From Eledone cirrhosa (taxonomy: Eukaryota): a stretch of DNA of 64,000 bases. Shown piece by piece: positions 51,301-64,000 of the stretch. The first letter of the stretch is position 1. Each line of letters starts with the position of its first letter. Where the stretch lies: positions 338,954,001 to 339,018,000 of the forward strand of contig OZ024742.1 of the NCBI GenBank assembly GCA_964016885.1, written 5' to 3'. The position numbers were made by a program, and so were the translations under genes. Below the pieces are notes generated by a model. The model was not told the DNA's origin and ran no database searches. It saw nothing but the letters and a program-made list of their open reading frames with translations.

Positions 51301-52884
51301 ATCAAGTTTTATGGTGTCCTAATGATAAGGTCCCTAGTAGTCCCATGTTATATGTGGTGTTCTAATGATAAGGTCCCTAGTAGTATCATCTTTTATATGG
51401 TGTCCTAATGATAAGGTTTCTAGTAGTCCCATGTTTTATGGTGTCCTAATGATAGGGTCTCTAGTAGTCCCATGTTTTATGGTGTCCTAATGATAAGGTC
51501 CCTAGTTGTATCATGTTTTATATGGTGTTCTAATGATAAGGTCTGTAGTAGTCCCATGTTTTATGGTGTCCTAATGATAAGGTTTCTAGTAGTCCTATGT
51601 TTTATGGTGTCCTAATGATAAGGTTTCTAGTAGTCCCATATTTTATGGTGACCTAATGATAAGGTACCTAGTAGTATCAGGTTTTATATGGTGTCCTAAT
51701 GATAAGGTCTCCAGTAGTCCCATGTTTTATGGTGTCCTAATGATAAGGTCCCTAGTAGTATCATGTTTTATAGGGTGTTCTAATGATAGGGTCTGTAGTA
51801 GTCCCATGTTTTATGGTGTTCTAATGATAGGGTCTGTAGTAGTCCCATGTTTTATGGTGTTCTAATGATAAGGTCTCCAGTAGTCCCATGTTTTATGGTG
51901 TCCTAATGATAAGGTCTTTAGTGGTATCATGTTTTATGATGTCCTCATTATAAGGTCTCTAGTAGTTCCATCTTTTATGGTATCCTAATGATAAGGTCTC
52001 TAGTAGTCCCATGTTTTATTGTGTCCTAATGATAAGGTCCCTAGTAGTCCCATATTATATGGTGTCCTAATGATAAGGTCCCTAGTAGTATCATGTTTTA
52101 TAGGGTGTCCTAATGATAAGGTCTCTAGTAGTCCCATGTTTTATGGTGTCCTAATGATAAGGTCTGTAGTAGTCACATGTTTTATGGTGTCCTAATGATA
52201 AGGTCCCTAGTAGTATCATGTTTTATATGGTGTACTAATGATAAAGTCTCCAGCAGTCCCATGTTTTATGGTGTCCTAATGATAAGGTCCCTAGTAGTAT
52301 CATGTTCTATGGTGTCCTAATGATAAAGTCTCTAATAGTCCCATGTTTTATGGTGTTCTAATGATAAGGTCTCTAGTAGTCCCATGTTTTATGGTGTTCT
52401 AATGATAAGGTCCCTATTAGTATTATGTTTTATCGTGTCCTAATGATAAGGTCTCTAGTAGTCCCATCTTTTATGGTGTCCTAATGATAAGGTCTCTAGT
52501 AGTCCCATGTTTTATGGTGTCCTAATGATAAGGTTTCTAGTAGTCCCAAGTGTTATGGTGTCCTAATGATAAGGTCTCTAGTAGTCCCATCTTTTATGGT
52601 GTCCTAATTATAAGGTCTCTAGTAGTCCCATGTTTTATGGTGTCCTAATGATAATATCTCTAGCAATATCATGTTTTATGGTGTCCTAATGATAAGGTCT
52701 CTTGTAGTCCCATGTTTTATGGTGTCCTAATTATAAGGTCTCTAGTAGTCCCATGTTTTATGGTGTCCTAATGATAATATCTCTAGCAATATCATGTTTT
52801 ATGGTGTCCTAATGATAAGGTCTCTAGTAGTCCCATCTTTTATGGTGTCCTAATGATAAGGTCTCTAGTATTCCCATGTTTTAT
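45381..52884 (+). repeat. Near-identical tandem duplication of 3752 bp (~91 monomers): 45381-49132 and 49133-52884
   Basis: Offsets are 3752-3753 bp throughout (46464/50217, 47904/51656). Rare variants are shared (GTAATACCAT, GTAGCCCCAT, GGTCCCGAG, GTCCCCTG, TGTACTAATG, CCCAAGTG). The only differences I noticed are two single-T indels and one C/T. Confidence 0.95.
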
Positions 52885-53749
52885 GGTGTCCTAATGATAA
52901 GGTCTCTAGTATTCCCATGTTTTATGGTGTCCTAATGATAAGGTCTCTTGTGGTCCCATGTTTTATGGTGTCCTAATGATAAGGTCCCTAGTAGTATCAT
53001 ATTTTTATGGTGTCCTAATGATAAGGTCTCTAGTAGTATCATGTTGTATGGTGTCCTAATGATAAGGTCTCTAGTAGTCCCATCTTTTATGGTGTCCTAA
53101 TGATAAGGTCCCTAGTAGTATCATGTTTTATAGTGTCCTAATGATAAGGTCTCTAGTAGTCCCATGTTATATGGTGTTCTAATGATAAGGTCCCTAGCAG
53201 TCCCATGTTTTATGGTTTCCTAATGATAAGGTTTCTAGTAGTCCCATGTTTTATATGGTGTCCTAATGATAAGGTCTGTAGTAGTCCCATGTTTTATCTC
53301 CTAATGATAAGGTTTCTAGTAGTCCCATGTTTTATGGTGTCCTAATGATAAGGTTTCTAGTAGTCCCATGTTTTATGGTGTCCTAAGGATAAGGTTTCTA
53401 GTAGTCCCATGTTTTATGGTGTCCTAATGATAGGGTCTGTAGTAGTCCCATGTTTTATGGTGTTCTAATGATAAGGTCTCTAGTAGTCCCATGTTTTATG
53501 GTGTCCTAATGATAAGGTCTGTAGTAGTCCCATGTTTTATGGTGTCCTAATGATAGGGTCTCTAGTAGTCCCATGTTTTATGGTGTCCTAATGATAAGGT
53601 CTCTAGTATTCCCATGTTTTATGGTGTCCTAATGATAAGGTCTCTTGTAGTCCTATGTTTTATGGTGTCCTAATGATAAGGTCCCTAGTAGTATCATATT
53701 TTATGGTGTCCTAATGATAAGTTCTCTAGTAGTATCATGTTGTATGGTG

Positions 53750-56700
53750 TCCTAATGATAAGGTCCCTAGTAGTATCTTCTTTTGTATGGTGTCCTAATG
53801 ATAAGGTCTGTAGTAGTCCCATGTTTTATGGTGTCCTAATCATAGGGTCTTTAGTAGTCCCATGTTTTATGGTGTCCAAATGATAAGGTCTCTAGTAGTA
53901 TCAAGTTTTATGGTGTCCTAATGATAAGGTCTCTAGTAGTCCCATGTTTTATGGTGTCCTAATGATAACGTGTCTAGTAGTCCCATGTTTTATGGTGTCC
54001 TAATGATAAGGTCTCTAGTATTATCATGTTTTAGGGTGTCCTAATGATAAGGTTTCTAGTAGTCCCATGTTTTATAGTGTCCTAATGATAGGATCTGTAG
54101 TCGTCCCATGTTTTATGGTGTTCTAATGATAAGGTCCATAGTAGTATCATGTTTTATATGGTGTCCTAATGATAAGGTCTGTAGTAGTCCCATGTTTTAT
54201 GGTGTCCTAATGATAAGGTTTCTAGTAGTCCCATGTTTTATGGTGTCCTAATGATAAGGTTTCTAGTAGTCCCATGTTTTATGGTGTCCTTATGATAGGA
54301 TCTGTAGTCGCCCCATGTTTTATAGTGTCCTAATGATAAGGTCTCTAGTAATCCCATGTTTTATAGTGTGCTAATGATAAGGTCTCTAGTAGTATCAAGT
54401 TTTATGGTGTCCTAATGATAAGGTCTCTAGTAGTCCCATGTTATATAGTGTCCTAATGATAAGGTCTCTAGTAGTCCCATGTTTTATAGTGTCCTAATAA
54501 TAAGGTCTCTAGTAATCCCATGTTTTATAGTGTCCTAATGATAAGGTCTCTAGTAATCCCATGTTTTATAGTGTCCTAATGATAAGGTCCCTAGTAGTCT
54601 CATGTTTTATGGTGTCCTAATGATAAGGTCTCTAGTAGTCCCATCTTTCATAGTGTCCTAATGATAAGGTCTCCAGTAGTCCCATCTTTTATGGTGTCCT
54701 AATGATAAGGTTTCTAGTAGTCCCATGTTTTATGATGTCCTAATGATAAGGTTTCTAGTAGTCCCATGTTTTATGGTGTCCTAATGATAGGGTCTGTAGT
54801 AGTCCCATATTTTATGGTGTTCTAATGATAGGATCTCTAGTAGTCCCATGTTTAATGGTGTTCTAATGATAAGGTCCCTAGTAGTCCCATGTTTTATGGT
54901 TTCCTAATGATAAGGTTTCTAGTAGTCCCATGTTTTATATGGTGTCCTAATGATAAGGTCTGTAGTAGTCCCATGTTTTATGGTGTCGTAATGATAAGGT
55001 TTCTAGTAGTCCCATGTTTTATCTCCTAATGATAGGCTCTCTAGTAGACTCATGTTTTATGGTGTTCTAATTATAAGGTCCCTAGTATTATCATCTTTTG
55101 TATGGTGTCCTAATGATAAGGTCTGTAGTAGTCCCATGTTTTATGGTGTCCTAATCATAGGGTCTTTAGTAGTCCCATGTTTTATGGTGTCCAAATGATA
55201 AGGTCTCTAATAGTATCAAGTTTTATGGTGTCCTAATGATAAGGTCTCTAGTAGTCCCATGTTTTATGGTGTCCTAATGATAACGTCTGTAGTAGTCCCA
55301 TGTTTTATGGTGTTCTAATGATAAGGTCCGTAGCAGTATCATGTTTTATATGGTGTCCTAATGATAAGGTCTGTAGTAGTCCCATGTTTTATGGTGTCCT
55401 AATGATAAGGTTTCTAGAAGTCCCATGTTTTATGGTGTCCTAATGATAAGGTTTCTAGTAGTCCCATGTTTTATGGTGTCCTTATGATAGGATCTGTAGT
55501 CGCCCCATGTTTTATAGTGTCCTAATGATAAGGTCTCTAGTAATCCCATGTTTTATAGTGTGCTAATGATAAGGTCTCTAGTAGTATCAAGTTTTATGGT
55601 GTCCTAATGATAAGGTCTCTAGTAGTCCCATGTTATATAGTGTCCTAATGATAAGGTCTCTAGTAGTCCCATGTTTTATAGTGTCCTAATGATAAGGTCT
55701 CTAGTAATCCCATGTTTTATAGTGTCCTAATGATAAGGTCCCTAGTAGTCTCATGTTTTATGGTGTCCTAATGATAAGGTCTCTAGTAGTCCCATCTTTT
55801 ATAGTGTCCTAATGATAAGGTCTCTAGTAGTCCCATGTTTTATAGTGTCCTAATGATAAGGTCTCTATTAATCCCATGTTTTATAGTGTCCTAATGATAA
55901 GGTTTCTAGTAGTATCAAGTTTTATGGTGTCCTAATGATCAGGGTTCTAGTAGTCCCATGTTTTATGTCCTTAATGATAGGGTCTCTAGTAGTCCCATGT
56001 TTTATGGTGTCCTAATGATAAGGTCCCTAAGAGAATCACGTTTTATTGTGTCCTAATGATAAGGTCTCTAATAGTCCCATGTTCTATGGCGTCCTAATGA
56101 TAAGGTACCTATTAGTATCAGGTTTTATATGGTGTCCTAATGATAAGGTCTCCAGTAGTCCCATGTTTTATGGTGTCCTAATGATATGGTCCCTAGTAGT
56201 ATCATGTTTTATAGGGTGTTCTAATGATGAGGTCTGTAGTAGTTCCATGTTTTATGGTGTCCTAATGATAAGGTTTATAGTAGTCCCATCTTTTATGGTG
56301 TCCTAATGATAGGTCTGTATTCGTCCCATGTTTTATGGTGTCCTAATGATAAGGTCTCTAGTAGTATCATGTTTTATGGGGTCCTAATGATAAGGTCCCT
56401 AGTAGTCCCATATTTTATCGTGTCCTAATGATAAGGTCACTAGTAGTATCATGTATTATATGGCGTCCTAATGATAAGGTATCTAGTAGTATTATGTTAT
56501 ATGGTGTCCTAATGATAAGGTCTCTAGTAGTCCCATCTTTTATGGTGTCCTAATGATAAGGTCCCTAGTAGTATCATGTTTTATAGTGTCCTAATGATAA
56601 GGTCTCTAGTAGTCCCATGTTATATGGTGTCCTAATGATAGGGTCTCTAGTAGTCTCATGTTTTATATGGTGTCCTAATTATAAGGTCTCCAGTAGTCCC

Positions 56701-59700
56701 ATCTTTTATGGTGTCCTAATGATAAGGTTTCTAGTAGTCCCATGTTTTATGGTGTCCTAATGATAAGGTTTCTAGTAGTCCCATGTTTTATGGTGTCCTA
56801 ATGATAGGGTCTGTAGTAGTCCCATATTTTATGGTGTTCTAATGATAGGATCTCTAGTAGTCCCATGTTTTATGGTGTTCTAATGATAAGGTCCCTAGTA
56901 GTCCCATGTTTTATGGTTTCCTAATGATAAGGTTTCTAGTAGTCCTATGTTTTATATGGTGTCCTAATGATAAGGTCTGTAGTAGTCCCATGTTTTATGG
57001 TGTCCTAATGATAAGGTTTCTAGTAGTCCCATGTTTTATCTCCCAATGATAGGGTCTCTAGTAGACTCATGTTTTATGGTGTCCAAATGATAAGGTCTCT
57101 AGTAGTATCAAGTTTTATGGTGTCCTAATGATAAGGTCTCTAGTAGTCCCATGTTTTATGGTGTCCTAATGATAACGTGTCTAGTAGTCCCATGTTTTAT
57201 TGTGTCCTAATGACAAGGTCTCTAGTATTATCATGTTTTAGGGTGTCCTAATGATAAGGTTTCTAGTAGTCCCATGTTTTATAGTGTCCTAATGATTGGA
57301 TCTGTAGTCGTCCCATGTTTTATGGTGTTCTAATGATAAGGTCCGTAGTAGTATCATGTTTTATATGGTGTCCTAATGATAAGGTCTGTAGTAGTCCCAT
57401 CTTTTATGGTGTCCTAATGATAAGGTTTCTAGTAGTCCCATGTTTTATGGTGTCCTAATGATAAGGTTTCTAGTAGTCCCATGTTTTATGGTGTCCTTAT
57501 GATAGGATCTGTAGTCGCCCCATGTTTTATAGTGTCCTAATGATAAGGTCTCTAGTAATCCCATGTTTTATAGTGTGCTAATGATAAGGTCTCTAGTAGT
57601 ATCAAGTTTTATGGTGTCCTAATGATAAGGTCTCTAGTAGTCCCATGTTATATAGTGTCCTAATGATAAGGTCTCTAGTAGTCCCATGTTTTATAGTGTC
57701 CTAATAATAAGGTCTCTAGTAATCCCATGTTTTATAGTGTCCTAATGATAAGGTCTCTAGTAATCCCATGTTTTATAGTGTCCTAATGATAAGGTCCCTA
57801 GTAGTCACATGTTTTATGGTGTCCTAATGATAAGGTCTCTAGTAGTCCCATCTTTTATAGTGTCCTAATGATAAGGTCTCCAGTAGTCCCATGTTTTATG
57901 GTGTCCTAATGATAAGGTTTCTAGTAGTCCCATGTTTTATGGTGTCCTAATGATAAGGTTTCTAGTAGTCCCATGTTTTATGGTGTCCTAATGATAGGGT
58001 CTGTAGTAGTCCCATATTTTATGGTGTTCTAATGATAGGATCTCTAGTAGTCCCATGTTTTATGGTGTTCTAATGATAAGGTCCCTAGTAGTCCCATGTT
58101 TTATGGTTTCCTAATGATAAGGTTTCTAGAAGTCCTATGTTTTATATGGTGTCCTAATGATAAGGTCTGTAGTAGTCCCATGTTTTATGGTGTCCTAATG
58201 ATAAGGTTTCTAGTAGTTCCATGTTTTATCTCCTAATGATAGGCTCTCTAGTAGACTCATGTTTTATGGTGTTCTAATGATAAGGTCCCTAGTAGTATCA
58301 TCTTTTGTATGGTGTCCTAATGATAAGGTCTGTAGTCGTCCCATGTTTTATGGTGTCCTAATCATAGGGTCTTTAGTAGTCCCATCTTTTATGGTGTCCA
58401 AATGATAAGGTCTCTAGTAGTATCAAGTTTTATGGTGTCCTAATGATAAGGTCTCTAGTAGTCCCATGTTTTATGGTGTCCTAATGATAACGTCTGTAGT
58501 AGTCCCATGTTTTATGGTGTCCTAATGAAAAAGGTATCTAGTATTATCATGTTTTAGGGTGTCCTAATGATAATGTTTCTAGTAGTCCCATGTTTTATTG
58601 TGTCCTAATGATAGGATCTGTAGTCGTCCCATGTTTTATGGTGTTCTAATGATAAGGTCCGCAGTAGTATCATGTTTTATATGGTGTCCTAATGATAAGG
58701 TCTGTAGTAGTCCCATGTTTTATGGTGTCCTAATGATAAGGTATCTAGAAGTCCCATGTTTTATTGTGTCCTAATGATAAGGTTTCTAGTAGTCCCATGT
58801 TTTATGGTGTCCTTATGATAGGATCTGTAGTCGCCCCATGTTTTATAGTGTCCTAATGATAAGGTCTCTAGTAATCCCATGTTTTATAGTGTGCTAATGA
58901 TAAGGTCTCTAGTAGTATCAAGTTTTATGGTGTCCTAATGATAAGGTCTCTAGTAGTCCCATGTTATATAGTGTCCTAATGATAAGGTCTCTAGTAGTCC
59001 CATGTTTTATAGTGTCCTAATGATAAGGTCTCTAGTAATCCCATGTTTTATAGTGTCCTAATGATAAGGTCTCTAGTAGTCCCATCTTTTATAGTGTCCT
59101 AATGATAAGGTCTCTAGTAGTCCCATGTTTTATAGTGTCCTAATGATAAGGTCTCTATTAATCCCATGTTTTATAGTGTCCTAATGATAAGGTTTCTAGT
59201 AGTATCAAGTTTTATGGTGTCCTAATGATCAGGGTTCTAGTAGTCCCATGTTTTATGTCCTTAATGATAGGGTCTCTAGTAGTCCCATGTTTTATGGTGT
59301 CCTAATGATAAGGTCCCTAAGAGTATCAAGTTTTATTGTGTCCTAATGATAAGGTCTCTAATAGTCCCATGTTCTATGGCGTCCTAATGATAAGGTACCT
59401 AGTAGTATCAGGTTTTATATGGTATCCTAATGATAAGGTCTCCAGTAATCCCATGTTTTATGGTGTCCTAATGATAAGGTCCCTAGTAGTATCATGTTTT
59501 CTAGGGTGTTCTAATGATGAGGTCTGTAGTAGTCCCATGTTTTATGGTGTCCTAATGATAAGGTTTATAGTAGTCCCATGTTTTATGATGTCCTAATGAT
59601 AAGGTCTCTAGTAGTCCCATGTTTTATGGTGTCCTAATGATAAGGTTTCTAGTAGTCCCATCTTTTATGGTGTCCTAATGATAGGTCTGTATTCGTCCCA

Positions 59701-62700
59701 TGTTTTATGGTGTCCTAATGATAAGGTCTGTAGTAGTATCATGTTTTATGGGGTCCTAATGATAAGGTCCCTAGTAGTCCCATATTTTATCGTGTCCTAA
59801 TGATAAGGTCACTAGTAGTATCATGTTTTATATGGCGTCCTAATGATAAGGTCTCTAGTAGTATTATGTTATATGGTGTCCTAATGATAAGGTCTCTAGC
59901 AGTCCCATGTTTTATGGTGTCCTAATAATAGGGTCTCTAGTTGACCCATTATTTATGGTGTCCTAATGATAAGGTCACTAGTAGTATCATGTTTTATATG
60001 GTGTCCTAATGATAAGGTCTCCAGTAGTCCCATCTTTTATGGTGTCCTAATGATAAGGTTTCTAGTAGTCTCATGTTTTATGGTGTCCTAATGATAAGGT
60101 TTCTAGTAGTCCCATGTTTTATGGTGTTCTAATGATAGGGTCTCTAGTAGTCCCATGTTTTATGGTGTCCTAATGATAAGGTCACTAGTAGTATCATGTT
60201 TTATATGGCGTCCTAATGATAAGGTCTCTAGTAGTATTATGTTATATGGTGTCCTAATGATAAGGTCTCCAGTAGTCCCATGTTTTATGGTGTCCTAATG
60301 ATAAGGTCTTTAGTGGCATCATGTTTTATGATGTCCTAATGATAAGGTCTCTAGTAGTTCCATGTTTTATGGTGTCCTAATGATAAGGTCTCCAGTAGTC
60401 CCATCTTTTATGGTATCCTAATGGTAAGGTCTCTAGTAGTCCCATGTTTTATTGTGTCCTAATGATAAGGTCCCTAGTAGTCCCATATTATATGGTGTCC
60501 TAATGATAAGGTCCCTAGTAGTATCATGTTTTATAGGGTGTCCTAATGATAAGGTCTCTAGTAGTCCCATGTTTTATGGTGTCCTAATGATAAGGTCTGT
60601 AGTAGTCACATGTTTTATGGTGTCCTAATGATAAGGTCCCTAGTAGTATCATGTTTTATATGGTGTCCTAATGATAAAGTCTTCAGCAGTCCCATGTTTT
60701 ATGGTGTCCTAATGATAAGGTCCCTAGTAGTATCATGTTTTATGGTGTCCTAATGTTAAAGTCTCTAATAGTCCCATGTTTTATGGTGTTCTAATGATAA
60801 GGTCTCTAGTAGACCCATGTTTTATGGTGTTCTAATGATAAGGTCCCTATTAGTATCATGTTTTATCGTATCCTAATGATAAGGTCTCTAGTAGTCCCAT
60901 GTTTTATGGTGTCCTAATGATAAGGTCTCTAGTAGTCCCATGTTTTATGGTGTCCTAATGATAAGGTTTCTAGTAGTCCCATGTTTTATGGTGTCCTAAT
61001 GATAAGGTCTCTAGTAGTCCCATCTTTTATGGTGTCCTAATTATAAGGTCTCTAGTAGTCCCATGTTTTATGGTGTCCTAATGATAATATCTCTAGCAAT
61101 ATCATGTTTTATGGTGTCCTAATGATAAGGTCTCTAGTAGTCCCATCTTTTATGGTGTCCTAATGATAAGGTCTCTAGTAGTCCCATGTTTTATGGTGTC
61201 CTAATGATAAGGTCTCTAGTAGTCCCATGTTTTATGGTGTCCTAATGATAAGGTCCTTAGTAGTATCATGTTTTATGGTGTCCTAATGATAAGGTCTCTT
61301 GTAGTCCCATGTTTTATGGTGTCCTAATGATAAGGTCCCTAGTAGTATCATGTTTTATGGTGTCCTAATGATAATGTCTCTAGTAGTCCCATGTTATATG
61401 GTGTCCTAATGATAAGGTCTCTAGTAGTGCCATGTTTTATGGTGTCCTAATGATAAGGTCCCTAGTAGTATCATGTTTTATATGGTGGTCTAATGATAAG
61501 GTCTGTAATAGTCCCATTTTTTATGGTGTCCTAATGAAAAGGTTTCTAGTAATCCCATGTTTTATGGGGTCCTAATGATAAGGTTTCTAGTAGTCCCATA
61601 TTTTATGGTGTCTTAATGATAAGGTTTCCAGTAGTCCCATGTTTTATGCTGTCCTAATGATAGGGTCTCTAGTAGTCCCATGTTTTATGGTGTTCTAATG
61701 ATGAGGTCCCTAGTAGTCCCATGTTTTATGGTGTCCTAATGATCAGGTTTCTAGTAGTCCCATGTTTTATATGGTGTCCTAATAATAAGGTCTCTAGTAA
61801 TCCCATGTTTTATAGTGTCCTAATGATAAGGTCTCTAGTAATCCCATGTTTTATAGTGTCCTAATGATAAGGTCCCTAGTAGTCTCATGTTTTATGGTGT
61901 CCTAATGATAAGGTCTCTAGTAGTCCCATCTTTTATAGTGTCCTAATGATAAGGTCTCCAGTAGTCCCATCTTTTATGGTGTCCTAATGATAAGGTTTCT
62001 AGTAGTCCCATGTTTTATGGTGTCCTAATGATAAGGTTTCTAGTAGTCCCATGTTTTATGGTGTCCTAATGATAGGGTCTGTAGTAGTCCCATATTTTAT
62101 GGTGTTCTAATGATAGGATCTCTAGTAGTCCCATGTTTTATGGTGTTCTAATGATAAGGTCCCTAGTAGTCCCATGTTTTATGGTTTCCTAATGATAAGG
62201 TTTCTAGTAGTCCCGTGTTTTATATGGTGTCCTAATGATAAGGTCTGTAGTAGTCCCATGTTTTATGGTGTCCTAATGATGAGGTTTCTAGTAGTCCCAT
62301 GTTTTATCTCCTAATGATAGGCTCTCTAGTAGACTCATGTTTTATGGTGTTCTAATTATAAGGTCCCTAGTATTATCATCTTTTGTATGGTGTCCTAATG
62401 ATAAGGTCTGTAGTAGTCCCATGTTTTATGGTGTCCTAATCATAGGGTCTTTAGTAGTCCCATGTTTTATGGTGTCCAAATGATAAGGTCTCTAGTAGTA
62501 TCAAGTTTTATGGTGTCCTAATGATAAGGTCTCTAGTAGTCCCATGTTTTATGGTGTCCTAATGATAACGTCTGTAGTAGTCCCATGTTTTATGGTGTTC
62601 TAATGATAAGGTCCGTAGTAGTATCATGTTTTATATGGTGTCCTAATGATAAGGTCTGTAGTAGTCCCATGTTTTATGGTGTCCTAATGATAAGGTTTCT

Positions 62701-64000
62701 AGAAGTCCCATGTTTTATGGTGTCCTAATGATAAGGTTTCTAGTAGTCCCATGTTTTATGGTGTCCTTATGATAGGATCTGTAGTCGCCCCATGTTTTAT
62801 AGTGTCCTAATGATAAGGTCTCTAGTAATCCCATGTTTTATAGTGTGCTAATGATAAGGTCTCTAGTAGTATCAAGTTTTATGGTGTCCTAATGATAAGG
62901 TCTCTAGTAGTCGCATGTTATATAGTGTCCTAATGATAAGGTCTCTAGTAGTCCCATGTTTTATAGTGTCCTAATGTTAAGGTCTCTAGTAATCCCATGT
63001 TTTATAGTGTCCTAATGATAAGGTCTCTAGTAATCCCATGTTTTATAGTGTCCTAATGATAAGGTCCCTAGTACTCTCATGTTTTATGGTGTCCTAATGA
63101 TAAGGTCTCTAGTAGTCCCATGTTTTATAGTGTCCTAATGATAAGGTCTCTAGTAGTCCCATGTTTTATAGTGTCCTAATGATAAGGTCTCTATTAATCC
63201 CATGTTTTATAGTGTCCTAATGATAAGGTTTCTAGTAGTATCAAGTTTTATGGTGTCCTAATGATCAGGGTTCTAGTAGTCCCATGTTTTATGTCCTTAA
63301 TGATAGGGTCTCTAGTAGTCCCATGTTTTATGGTGTCCTAATGATAAGGTCCCTAAGAGTATCACGTTTTATTGTGTCCTAATGATAAGGTCTCTAATAG
63401 TCCCATGTACTATGGCGTCCTAATGATAAGGTACCTAGTAGTATCAGGTTTTATATGGTGTCCTAATGAAAAGGTTTCTAGTAATCCCATGTTTTATGGT
63501 GTCCTAATGATAAGGTTTCTAGTAGTCCCATATTTTATGGTGTCCTAATGATAAGGTTTCCAGTAGTCCCATGTTTTATGCCGTCCTAATGATAGGGTCT
63601 CTAGTAGTCCCATGTTTTATGGTGTTCTAATGATGAGGTCCCTAGTAGTCCCATGTTTTATGGTGTCCTAATGATCAGGTTTCTAGTAGTCCCATGTTTT
63701 ATGGTGTCCTAATAATAAGGTCTCTAGTAATCCCATGTTTTATAGTGTCCTAATGATAAGGTCTCTAGTAATCCCATGTTTTATAGTGTCCTAATGATAA
63801 GGTCCCTAGTAGTCTCATGTTTTATGGTGTCCTAATGATAAGGTCTCTAGTAGTCCCATCTTTTATAGTGTCCTAATGATAAGGTCTCCAGTAGTCCCAT
63901 CTTTTATGGTGTCCTAATGATAAGGTTTCTAGTAGTCCCATGTTTTATGGTGTCCTAATGATAAGGTTTCTAGTAGTCCCATGTTTTATGGTGTCCTAAT
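53750..64000 (+). repeat. Right-hand satellite domain with its own variant set and irregular 1.2-4 kb HOR blocks
   Basis: CCTTATGATAGGATCTGTAGTCGCCCC occurs with its CG at 54309, 55501, 57516, 58832 and 62786. I saw GATCAGGGTTC, CCCTAAGAG, GTAGACTCAT and GGTCCGTAG only here. Landmark offsets are 56046/59336 (3290 bp) and 61536/63468 (1932 bp). Confidence 0.8.

Larger units (their letters stand above)
1..64000 (+). repeat. 41-bp tandem satellite DNA array (~1,550 head-to-tail monomers, 36-43 bp length variants), running off both ends of the window
   Basis: The motif CCTAATGATAAGG...TAGTAGTCCCATGTTTTATGGTGT recurs every ~41 bp from the first line to the last in one orientation. An exact consensus monomer is at 2642-2682. 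No non-satellite sequence was seen. Confidence 0.99.

Noticed and set aside
820-59596. About 40 short ORFs (60-89 aa) with repeating MFYGVLMIR/CPNDKVSSSP peptides, as a possible tandem peptide gene family
   Set aside because: They are direct translations of the satellite, opened by frame-shifting length variants. There is no distinct flanking, promoter or splice context, no codon-position pattern in the variation and no recognisable protein family.
1-64000. CRISPR array or other repeat-spacer system
   Set aside because: The repeats abut directly with no unique spacers. Variable positions are point variants inherited in blocks, and there are no cas or other genes.
1-64000. Assignment to known 41-42 bp avian satellites (chicken CNM, PO41, turkey TM)
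   Set aside because: Only the period matches. From memory their consensus sequences differ, and I cannot run a database search, so the family and taxon are left unassigned.
1-64000. Telomeric repeat, CENP-B box or CArG box
   Set aside because: There are no tandem TTAGGG/TTAGG-type runs (the minus strand has only one isolated TTAGG per monomer) and no CENP-B box core with its two CpGs. The CC...GG dyads have 9-bp rather than 6-bp spacers.
1-64000. Synthetic construct or DNA data storage (frequent GGTCTC BsaI sites, barcode-like triplet, tandem stop codons)
   Set aside because: Nested duplications with accumulating private mutations and indels are typical of natural satellite evolution. The motifs are incidental to the monomer.
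1-64000. Recombination-site cassette array (integron attC-like) or diversity-generating system
   Set aside because: There is no cargo between repeats, no recombinase or reverse transcriptase gene, and no adenine-specific variation pattern.

Overview
The whole 64 kb window is one uninterrupted, head-to-tail tandem satellite array of a ~41-bp monomer. The consensus read by eye is GGTGTCCTAATGATAAGGTCTCTAGTAGTCCCATGTTTTAT (exact copy at 2642-2682; 16/41 G+C; no CpG), giving roughly 1,550 monomers. I see no genes, RNA genes, transposons, CRISPR spacers or strand inversions. The supplied ORFs are artefacts of the repeat: all five + strand stop codons of the consensus lie in one frame, and interleaved 43-bp or shorter monomers let a reading frame avoid that frame for a few units. 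The informative structure is in the variants. Monomer subtypes form nested higher-order repeats (123 bp, 164 bp, 498 bp, ~1.5, ~2.9, ~3.5, 3.75 and ~11-12 kb) whose shared private variants allow a duplication chronology. There is one clear out-of-register insertion, a distinct right-hand domain, and several recurrent variants that perfect inverted repeats inside the monomer. This looks like eukaryotic heterochromatic (possibly pericentromeric or subtelomeric) satellite DNA, but I cannot name the species or family. I found no support for a novel protein-coding system. Block boundaries are approximate and were read by eye.
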